The translations under genes were made by a program, and so were the position numbers. Under the pieces are notes generated by a model. The model ran no database searches and was not told where the DNA came from. It worked only from the letters and a program-made list of their open reading frames with translations. Of a stretch of DNA of 64,000 nt, positions 15,401-27,400 are shown in pieces. Numbering within the stretch: the first letter of the stretch is position 1; each line of letters begins with the position of its first letter. This stretch comes from Paragordius varius (lineage: Eukaryota > Animalia > Nematomorpha), in NCBI GenBank assembly GCA_964247055.1, contig OZ176057.1:5146001-5210000 (forward strand), read 5' to 3'.

Positions 15401-18400
15401 CCAAATTTTAATCATATTAATCTGATATTATACAATGTTTCCTTCATATGCATCATAATCTTATAATAAGGTTAAATCAAAAATACCATTTGCACTTCAA
15501 GGGTGTCCTTGAACACTTCAAGTTGGTCCTTAAAATTTGTAAATTTTGATTAAACCATAGATTTTGCATGTATTTTTAATTTTATATTTTTTAACCTAAT
15601 TTTCTTTATTTATTATATATTTATTCATTTAAAAATAAAAATTATTTAAAAACCACTTTTATTTCAAATTTTTTTCCGATCTAAAAATTATTAATTCTAA
15701 CATGTTTTCAATGTAAATAATAACCCAGAAAACTTATATATTTTTTTATAAATATTTAGAATAATTTCAAGTATTTAACAATGATATACGGTTTTTCAAT
15801 GATTAAAAGTTGATATTGATTTAAAATTTATCTCAAATAATAGAAAATAGTTTACAAACGATAAAATAGATGAATGATATACGATTCGATTGATAAAAGT
15901 TAAAAACAAAAAAAAATGCCAAAGGACCATCTTGAAATGTTCAAGGACCAACTTGAAGTGTTCAAGAAGGACACTTTTGAAGTGCAAAATATTAACAATC
16001 CAATGGGCTCCTACAGTGACTGTATTTTTAAATTAAATTACATATCATCAACTCTCTTTCATATATTGTTACGTGTGACAACTTTTAATTAACAAGAAGA
16101 TGGGACACTGCTCATATATATATCTTACCGTATAAGCTCATTAATCAGACGATTAAATTTTATTCGTCTACCTTTAGTATCACATATAACTACAATATGC
16201 TAATTAAGAATTAATATAAAAGAGACGCAATGATCATTTCTTAATATAATATTTAAATGAAAATAACATCAATTTAATGATAATGAATTGTAAAAAAAAC
16301 TAATGGAGTAAAATAATTTAAACACTGGTATATGCCCTAAGAAATATTATGACGGAAAACAATTACTTTGACCCTATCGATCGCAATAAATTAGAACGGA
16401 GACAAGTTTCAGAGTTTTTTTACATGATTGTAATGAAGAGATTTCCAACTAGATATAGGTTGAAATATAAAATATTTTATGATGGTGTATAATATATTTA
16501 TCATCCCAATTTTCCACATCTCATCAAAATAAAGGATATTAGCTATCAAAAAATAGATTCAACTTGAATATCTTACAACAAAGATCATAGGAATTTTCAA
16601 GTAATAAATTTAAGTTTTTAAACAAACATTATTTAATATTTTATCTATATGTTCATAATATATACTTAAATCCTTGTTATAAAACATTCTAGATACTTCT
16701 TTTATATTATTATCCATATTTAATTTCTTATTTAGAGCGCGTAATTTGTATTTAATTTCATGGAAAATATACTTAATAGGGTTTGATTGAGATGAATATG
16801 GTGCCAAAAAAATTAAATTTTCGAATCCCTTATTTCGAGATTAACGCCGAATAGGGGCATTATCTAAAATTATATAGGATGATGAAGGTATTATTTTAAA
16901 AGTATATGGATGAGCTTGAATCAATGATCACATTGTTGGTGTAAGGGAGAATTTTCTACAATAACGAAAGCCAAGAGGTGAAAATATAAACTATTTGGCT
17001 ATGATTGGAATAAACAGAGTGATAAAATATGAATATAAATCTGACCCATACAAGTAGGATGATATATATCATTTTTTACAGGAATTTTTTAAAGTAATAC
17101 CTTCATTATCCTATATTTCCCCTATTCATCGTTATTCTCGAAATAAGGAATTCGAAAATTTAATTTTTTTTGCCACCATATTCACCTCAGTTTAACCTTG
17201 AGCGTATTTTCCATGAAAATAAACACAAATTACGCGCCCTAAATAAGAAAGATTTAAATATGGATAAAAATATAAAAGAAGTCTCTAAAAGGTATTATAA
17301 TAAGGATTTAAGTAAATATTATGAACATGTAGATAAAATATTAAATAATGTTTGTTTGAAAAAATTAAAATTACATGAAATTTATATAATTTTTGTTGTG
17401 AGACAATATAAATTAAATTATATTTTGATAGCTATTATAATTTTTTTAATTAGATAATACGGTGTATATATATTATTTAAAATGTTTGGGATGATTAAAA
17501 TATTATTTTATAAATCATCATTAAATATTTTATATTTCAACCGCATGCTTGTGTCTAATAGTGGGAAATCTCTTCAATACAATTATCTAAAAAACTGTAA
17601 AATATGTTCCCGTTCGAATTTATTGCGATCGAGAGGGTCAATCACTAATTGTTTTCGGACATAGATATTTCTTAAGACATTTAGAGTTTTGATTTTTTTC
17701 TAGATTATTTATTTTTTACAATTAATTTATGATGTTATTATATAAATAATATATTAATAAATGATCATTGCGTCTCTTTTACATTATTTTTAAATAGCAT
17801 TTTGGTTATAATTGATATCAAAGGCAGACGAATAGTATTAGCCGTCTGCTTATTGAGTTTATACAGTAAGATGTTTAAAATTAAGCAGAGTCCCATTTTC
17901 TCGTTAATTGAAAGTTGTCCCTAGAAATATATTGAAGAGAGTTGATGATATATAAATTAATTCAAAAACAGGGTCAGTGTAGAAGCCGATTGGATTGTTG
18001 ATATTTTCGATTTACCTTATTATAAGATTATGCTGCATATGTAGGAAACATTGTATAAAATAAAATTAATAAAATGAAAATTTGGAATATTATTATTTTT
18101 TTATTAATATCTTTAATAAGTATAGTTAATAAGGTTGTTTTACATTTTACAATTATATGACAGGGTGATTGGTGTTAATTATGTAAAATTGAAATGCCTT
18201 ATTTTTAGTTAAATAAAATGCAAGATTTGAATCCTATTCAAATAATGTTAATTAATGTTTAATTAAAAATGGTTAATTTTAAAGTTGGTGAATATCAAAT
18301 GTTATTAAACATTTAGCGGATAGATTCATAGATTTATTATTTATTAATATTAAAGGTGAGGGCTCCTCTTCATATCCTATTATATTTCGGTTTTTTGTCC

Positions 18401-21400
18401 GTATAAAAATTTTTTGGCGGCATATTAAAAATTTTAATCTTTTGATGATTTTAACAATATGGTTGTTATAAAAAATTTGTCTGTTATAAAATTCGTCCGG
18501 ATAATTACAAAAATTACTGTAATATAAATATGTACTATTTTGCACACACGCACATACAGACACAAGGTGTTAAAACAATTATGAGATAATCATCAAATAA
18601 TTATCATAACTGCAAAAAAACATTAGCCCCGTTATTTAAAAGATAAAAAAAATTTAAAATATATATAATCAGTTCCCCATAAATTATTATTTAAATAATC
18701 AAAAAAAAGACATCAATCTCATCTGAAAGAAAAATACAAACTCTAGTACTTTAAAAGTAAATTTATATAAAAAACTTGTAGTTTATAAAACAAGGAAAGA
18801 ATTAACATTGTATTTTTTTTGTTCAACAACAGAGAAGCAACAAAATCAATTTTGAGTAAAGTATTTAATTTTAATCATTTAATTAATAAATTATTAATTA
18901 ATTAGTTAATTGTAGAAGATAATCTTTAAAGTTTTTTTATGCAAAAAAAACTTTGAAAAAAAATATAAATGTTTAAATTTTACCTAAAAAAACAAGTCAA
19001 AAAAGTAAAATTAAAGGGAAAATAAATATATTTCGCTACAATTTGGAAGACAAAAAAACAGCAATTTTAACCTAAACAGGGTGTTGAGATTTTATTGCTT
19101 TAAATCATATATATATATATAGTAAAAACATTCGTATACCAGAAAAATTCAATTTTTTTCAATAAAGCTGATAATTTATCTTTCAATCTATTATTATTAT
19201 CTAATTAATGCATCAGTGCTACATCTCCTAGCAAGGAAAGTTATATTGAAATTTGTTAAAACCAACCCACCCATTCTTTTTCAGCACATAAAACAATATA
19301 CCAGATATCCTCACGCGCATGTCGATTCAAATAATGAAATAAAAATCCTTTTTATACTGATTGATACTTTTTTTAACGTAGAGATTTCAATCATTCACCA
19401 ACACCAGATTTTGTAAATTTCAAAATAAATATACGGAAAAAAGAATATTGTACAATATACAGATTAGTAAATAATTCAATGGTTAGTAGATTTACATTCA
19501 ATCCTACGGTATATTCCACTTTTTCTCTGTTCTACTATCTACAGTTAATAGCTATCCTAATATGTCAAATTATTTTTATCCATTTTCCAACGGCTAACGC
19601 TATCGAATTATTACCCGAACAGTCATCAAATAAGAACCTAGGAGATGTCGGTCCAGAATTTTGGCACAATCTTCAAGACGCCCATTTTGAAAGGCAAGGA
19701 CCTAGCGATAGGCTAGGAGAAACGGATGCATTAAATTATATGGCAACCGGGCTTATAGGTTTAGCGGGCTCTAATGGGCCAAATAGTGCTGATGACGGAG
19801 AAACAAATGAAATAGCCGATAAAACAATTAGCAGTAATGCGTTAATACCACACGGGTATGTGGTAAACAGTTTAAACACCAAACTACGAAGAGAAGGTCA
19901 ATCATTCCTACGCCACAACGACGATAACATGGGAATTAGCGGTGGAGAAGGAGATTATAGTTTAACGAACGATGAACCACTCATATATATAAGGGATCAT
20001 GTGCTACCTTTAAATCATGATCAAAATAGACGCATTGGTGGTAGTTTTGCCAAACGATATGATCGACCCATTATGACGACGGCAGACGATTTTGATACAA
20101 CAGATGGGGATGATGAAATGTCACATAGATCAAAACCCATGCCCCAAACGTATGATTGGTGGCCATTTTACAGTGCAAGGTATCTCCCAGACCCTGGTCT
20201 CATGCGACTTATAGCGGAAAGAGAACGGGTTAGAGAACAAACGCTTGGTACAAACACAATCAATGTCCAACCAGCTAACAACAATGTGAACGATAATACG
20301 GACAAAGACAATAACGAAAGTAACGAGAGGCTGAAATTTTTTACGACAAAGGCTATAAAACAACACCAACAACAATTGAAGGTTATAATAATTGGTTAAT
20401 TTAAACATCTTTTAATTTAAATTTGAAATATAGAGAAATTGTAATATCCAATTTCTTATTTTAAACAGGTAAGGTCTCAACCGAATCAAAATTACCCCAT
20501 GTTAACGATATCAAGTTTGCCGGATAATAACCCAAAATGTCCCAGGGGGTATGATTTTGCTGGATATAAACCGCTTAAATACTTTGATATTGGGAGACAG
20601 AAAAATGTAGCAATAGGTAGAGAGGTTATATGTCTAAGTATTAGCAATACTTTAATGATAAAAAATTCAGAACAGGACAATCAAGATAGAGAAATGGCAT
20701 CCGTTGATTTGTTTCTCGAGGATACAAAATTGGATTGGAAAGGCGCTCAGAAACAATGTCAAAGTACGGGGGGCAATTTGTTAAGCATAAGTGATGACTT
20801 TGATGCAGCACATCTAGCTCGGATCCTTGACGTGTGCCGTGAACGTCTCTTGGCCACAAAAACGCGACAACAATTGAACAGACATAATATAATGGATAAT
20901 GAATGCGGTATTTGGCTAGGGGGTTCAAAACAAAATTCGGATGACAGAGACAGACGTACTAAACGGAATATTCTTTTAGGCAATTTACATCAAACCAAAC
21001 AAGTAGACTCAAACATTTCAATACTGTCGTCAAAAAGAGTAGTTGTCAAGCGAGATGCTAAAAGCCGAGATAACATCGATGTAGCGTTACAATACTCAGC
21101 TATGACGGATCCGTTAATCGATGACTTCCATCAATCAATAGATGGAATAAACCCGGATGACGAGGCCTACAATTATTACGGTGGAGACAAAGAAGGCATG
21201 AATAGCGATGAAGCAGACGATGATTTGGGACCACGTGACTACACGTATCCTAAACACACGTATGAAACACATGAACATGGTTGGAAAGACCATTATAAAA
21301 AGAGACAAAAAAAGGAGAACCGTAAAAAACAACAGGTTTCTCCGCTAGATACCCCACCGAGGTATATTACAAACAATGGGAAACAAAAACGACAATACGA

Positions 21401-24400
21401 TCCCAACCCCAAACACAGGCAAATAAAGGGGGGCAAAAACGATGATGATGGCAAGGATAAGAAAAAAAAGAAATGTCTCTACTCCCAAGGCGCTGAAGGC
21501 AAAGTCAAATTTGCTTACACCAAGTGTGGAAACAAAAATAATTATGTGTGTGAAGTGAGATACTCGGATGATAGTCAGGATCCGACAAAGGGCAGCCCAG
21601 AAAATGATTCCACCAATTACGGTGGCGATGAAGATTTGAGAGGAGGCTACTCAGCAGAAAAAGATCCAGAATATAATGATGCCGATTATGATTGGAATGG
21701 CAATACTTTTGATGCGTCAAGCACAAAAGGCAGTGTCCATCCATCTTGGGCCCAAGCCGAACATAATCATAATGACAATGATGCTAAAAGAGAAAGAAAT
21801 ATGTACTCAAATCGAATTCCATCATCTCATGAATCACAAGAAGAAAATCATCACAACGGAAACAATCATCACCAAAAAGCTACTCCGCAAAACACATTAA
21901 ACCAATATATTGGAAAAGTGAATGATAATAATTATCCACATCATAATAGTTTTGATAGAGAAAGTCAGAATTCTTTAAAGCCATCGGTTATTATACCCTT
22001 TTGGCAGCGTCAAGGCATATCCCTTAGTAGGTCAGGGACGACACATTTTCAGCAAAACCAACCTTTACCTTCTTCCCCACTTAAACCTAGAACGATTGCC
22101 CTGGAACAAGATACACTAACAGACAAACATGTTCATAGTAATAAACACTATGTTGATAATTTTCATAACACACATATTATAAACTCGAATGCAAAATCAT
22201 CACGCTCGCACCCTATTATAGATTTAATTGCAGACCGAGTATCACCCATACACAATGATGTATCATATCCGACCGGAGTAATATTTTCATATCCAAAATC
22301 AAGCACAATCTATAAACAAAGGTAAGATGTTTTATTAGACCTTCCTTTGTAGAGTGGTTCATATATGTATTTAGAACACAAAAAAACTTTATTCCTAAGC
22401 TTTTAAAGAGGTCAATGAAAATTTTAAACGTGCCTAACTAAAATAATCATTGTCAAACAATATTAATTATAAAAAATGCTATTTTTATACATGTGTCAAC
22501 ATTACAATAAAAAATATATTTATACGGACTAAACAAGAAAATTTAAAGACAAATATTTTTTCTTTAAAAGGCCGCTGTTGTTTTCTAAATTTACCTTTTG
22601 TCTACATAGTTAGAATTTTATTGTAAATACTTAACAAACAAGAATATATAATTAATAGATTGCAATTTTCAGTACCGTATAGTCAGTTATCAACCATCGA
22701 AGATGAAAATACTAACAGTCATCGGTACTCACTCAATAATAATTTAACACCCAGGAGCCATGAACAAAAAAGTGTGAATCAATACTATCCATTTATTTCA
22801 GGCTCTAATAATGATGCCGGCGGCATTAACTCAATACAAGATAAACATCGATTAGGCTTAGCAAAAGCTTCCCATACTCATCAAACAGGACAAACAGACG
22901 CCCAAATAAATGATAGGTTAGTTGAAATTTAGATTTTTTTGTAATTATCATACGTATATATACAAGATAACATAATATATTATGAGTTTTAATGGTTGCT
23001 TATTTCACACTATAGTAGGGCAATTTGCAACACATGAGTGCATGGAAAAAAAGGAAAATTGTTTTTTCTATACACTCTATGTTGCAAATTGCCCAGCTAT
23101 AGTGTGAAATAAGCAACCATTAAAATGCATACTGTATATTATGCGTTATTATCATTTAGATTGGCTGGGAACGATTACATAAAAATAGCTTTAAAGTATA
23201 ATCAAATTACCAGTTCACAAGGAGTGGTGCCGGGTAAGACTTATCAAAGTCCAGGTATTCGCTCAACATTCAACAAAATAAAAACTACAAATCCCCCACC
23301 TGTGGCTCCATTTCCAACGCTTTATAGAAGGCGAAATACACCAATATTTCGACAAATGGAACAAGCATCATCGACAACTTATAGTGATAAAAATACCCAG
23401 CGACCATATGCACGCCATTCTGTGGCGCCCAAATTGCAAAACAAACCGACCAAATCGCCAATAACTATCAAACTTTGGCAGAGTCGAAAACTCATTTTCC
23501 CCCGGAATGTATGGGGCCGGCCAAAAACCAACGTTGAACCAGTCACCCTAAAGCCCAATTCACTTTTGGATAAATCGACTGCTGACAATTTTCAACCAGA
23601 AAGCCCATACCTAAGTGAACAGCGAATGATTGAGATACGAGACTTTGAAGAACCGCCAAAAGATAAATATTCAACGGCTAACCATGGAATAGACATTACA
23701 GCTAGGGCGACATCAAACAAAATGGATCGTAGGTTCAATTTGTGGGCAAAGAAAGCGCATCAAGTCGAACAGAGAGCAAAACAGACAGCAATACAACGAT
23801 TAGAGGATGCCTTTAAACGCTTAGAGACTACGAGACCCAATAATGTTCTTTACTTGGGAACAAACAACAACAACAACAATAACAGAAATTATGACTTAAA
23901 TCGATTTATTCGGTTACCCATAGTTGATGAATCTAAAGACATAGAAATTCTTAGAAAAAATCGTCAACTAATTATCAATGAAAGATCGGTCAATGCAATA
24001 CCAGTGTGGAATATCAATTATATGCCAAACAATTTATCCATGGAAACAGTGCCTACCTCATCTGTGTCCGTAGATCATCGTCATATGTGGCGCAAAAAAA
24101 TATTACGTTATAAGAGAAATGTCGATCTTACAAGTGGGATTGGTTTTGTACCAAATTTTGACACATTGGTACCAAACTCGGAGAACGAAAATAAACTTGA
24201 ACCCCCACGAAAATCGACACGATTCTATTCATCTGTTGTTACAGGGGTAGAACAACCTCGTGATGAAAGTAGAACAGAAAACACGTTACCAACTTTGATA
24301 GGGGAAGAAGGTCCAGAAGACACAAACTATGCAGCAACAAGTCCCGATCTGCCAGCCAATCATGAAGGAAATATTGTACCGGGGAGTGGGGTCGGTTATG

Positions 24401-27400
24401 GAACCGTAGGTGATTCAAATACTTATAACCATAACCAAGCAGCCAGACCACTTGATAGCTCTAACTATCCGGCTGGGTTTGAGGTTGATTTCGAACCATG
24501 TAAAACGTATGCCAGTACGTTAAGTTACATACAAACAAATTATTATGTTAGCATGCCAGACGCGCCCATGGATGATAGAGAAAACGATAAGAATGAATTT
24601 GGAAACAGATATGACAATGAAGCTGAAAGGGATTACTCTTTTAAAATACCTAAGGTGAGTAATTCCAAAGTTTACAACAATGTCAATAATGCGGGATCGA
24701 CATTATCGCTGCATCAACAACAGCAACGTCAAAATATGGCAAAAAAAATTGGTAAAAAAATTTCTTATGATGTAAAACCATCCAAACCAAAGATAGGTGG
24801 AACAATGCAAGGAAGAGGTTTTGCTGAAAAAACAAATACTTATTCTTTTGGTGACAATCAGCCCCATTTTTATGAAGACGATACGGAAAACTCTAATGTG
24901 CTAAGTGAACAAGTTTACTTATTCAATCGTAATGGCCCAAATAGTTTGGGATCAACATTTGATTCTTTAAATGGTGGTGATTATCTGATCCCGATATCGT
25001 CAGTATATGATTTGCCAGGCCAAATTGAAGAACATGATAAACAGCAAAAACAAAAAACTCCCAGAGCCAAAGGTAAGCAATCGATTGGATTATTGCGGGC
25101 ACATGCTAAGCACACTGCCAAACGGAAAGCAAAGGGACCTAACAAGAAAAATTGGCGGAAACGAAAAGCACGGCACACACAGAAACGGCAGAGAAATACC
25201 AAACGAAAAAAACGTTCTAAAAGAAAAAGGAGTAAAGCGAAAAAACGTTACCAGGGAAAAGGCAGACGATTTAAAAGGGATGTAACTAATGTACTTTATA
25301 ACATGTCAGCAGGAAAACAGGTTAGTTATGATGATCGCCCTCTTAATATGTATCGACTACCCACAAATGGTATCACCAAAAATACGCTTGATCAAAGTAA
25401 GGAATGGGAAAATGCAAAAGACTATCAAGCCGTGTTCAATTTTGAAGCCACTAATGCACCACCCGTTAAAAGCCAATATAATGTAGTAACAGAGAGAAAA
25501 GATACAACTAAAAAGGGGTTTGTCCACTCTTTGCCCCCAGAAATTGTTAGCGATGAGGATGATGAATACATGAATAGGGTAGGGGGTCAGGCTTACTACA
25601 GCGGTCATTATGATGTAGGCGATAATGAAGGTGATAATGATAATAGCTATGCTTCAACAATTGAAACAGACTATGAGGACCCAGATGGTAGTCAATATTT
25701 ACCTGAGCTCGAGATGTATGAATCATTGATACCCAAGGAGTTTCGCGAATTTTCTCAGGGACTTCTTCATGGGAGCGTGCCATCGGAAAACCAAGAGCCT
25801 GGCTCAATAGAGAATGAAACAAACGGTTCAGAATTAAAACCGAAAGACACCAAGATAAAAAGAAAACGACATAACTCAAATAAAAACATTGGAAATCAAC
25901 AGAAAGAAGATAAATATTTGATTAGTGCAAGTCGTGATAAATCCCCAAGCAGTGACACTGTGGATAGCAATGATAAAAAAGGGCCCAAATATTCCCCTCT
26001 TTTTATACATGACGACAATACAAAAGAAGAACGTGGGCGTAGAAAGATAAAAAAGCACAACAGTCTACGCCCCATACATCACGAAGAGGAAAGTGATAAT
26101 CAAGAAGCAGTGTCAGATGACAATCATTATCATGATGACGAAGATGAGGAGCATCACCATGGCAACTCCGATGATGACCAAAACGCCCAATATGAAGAGG
26201 AAGGACCGGAACCTCAAAATTCTCAAGAGGAAAGATCAGCTGACAATGACAATGGTGGAGAAGAGGGAGATTCTGAAACGCAACCCGAAGCCCCACCCTA
26301 TGAAACTGCTGATTCTGTTGATGAACAAGGACGCCAATACCATGATGATGATGCATCAGATGAGTAATATTTTAGTTTAATTGATTTGATTATATAATGT
26401 CTCATTTTGTCATATGAACATTGTGAGAAAATTTACTAATATGGGTTTTCGTATCATAAAATTTGTACTATTTCCAAAAAAACTAATTAAATTGGTCGTA
26501 ATATTTGTGTATTTCGGTGGTTTTGAAAGTTTAAAAATTCTTTGTATCAAAAAATGACACCCAATCCTAGGAGACGAGAAACTGGAGATGAAAATGAAAA
26601 CCAATATCCAAATGATAATCGATACCATCACAATGACAACAATGAAGATGCTTACAATGATAATCGAAGATATTCGCCGGATGATAGAGAATCAGAACCC
26701 GTCGAGCCTTATCGAGGTATGGAAAGGAAAAGTGAGTCCAGGGATCAAAATAAACCTAGGCGACAAAAATACCGTTCAGATAATGATGAATCTTATTCCA
26801 ATCCATCGTACACTAAAACGGCAAAAAGGTATGCCAACTATAAACTTTATAATAAACCGTGGTATTTTGACAAAAAATTAACATTATGTATGATCCATAA
26901 TTTACTCTTGCGTTTTTTTCAGGTACGAAAGCCCCAAAAATGAACGAAAACAGGCATATTGGAACCGAATCAATGGTAATCATAATGATGGTAGACAAAA
27001 CAACAATGCCAATAAAAAATTGTACAGTAAAAATGGGGTAAGGTATGAGGTTGGAGAAGGAAAAAAACCCAGTGTCACGCATTATCGAGAAAATGCTAAT
27101 AGTAAACCAAATAATGATTGGTATGTACAAAAACGGAAAGAAGATGAGGTCAAAAGATTGCAGGGAAACAACAATCAAAATACAATTTATGGAATGCCAC
27201 CGCAAATTCAACAAAATAAGATTTGGAACGGTAATGATATATACGTAAACGTTGAATAAATAAAATAACTATGTTTAATATTCAAAAATAGGTTAATCAA
27301 TAACCATGTAAAAAAAGTAAAGCAGACGAAAACGGTATGATTTGCAAACTATAGAATAAAGTAATAAAAAAACATTACAATATTTAAAAACTGGTTTCCC

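Larger units (their letters stand above)
14958..18519. mobile_element. Tc1/IS630-like DNA transposon with very long (~1.4 kb) inverted arms, degenerate
   Basis: TA|CAGTAAAA...TTACTG|TA ends; the arms are reverse complements up to a central ~180-bp spacer (about 16900-17085); both arms carry DDE C-terminal remnants (ILDNAPI...[12 protein letters not shown] on minus; [11 protein letters not shown] on plus). Confidence 0.85.

Noticed and set aside
18279-18563. ORF containing [10 protein letters not shown] as PDI exon 1
   Set aside because: It lies in the right arm of the long-TIR transposon (mirrored at ~15050) and has no phase-1 EF donor.
18545-18600. Candidate phase-1 exon ...LIIVLTPCV+t|gtatgt for PDI
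   Set aside because: In-frame stops upstream, no ATG or acceptor, no VEF-like motif; the 30147-30297 exon fits much better.
24981-26631. Antisense and alternate-frame ORFs over exon 4 of the nested gene
   Set aside because: Shadow frames of low-complexity coding sequence with no independent motifs.
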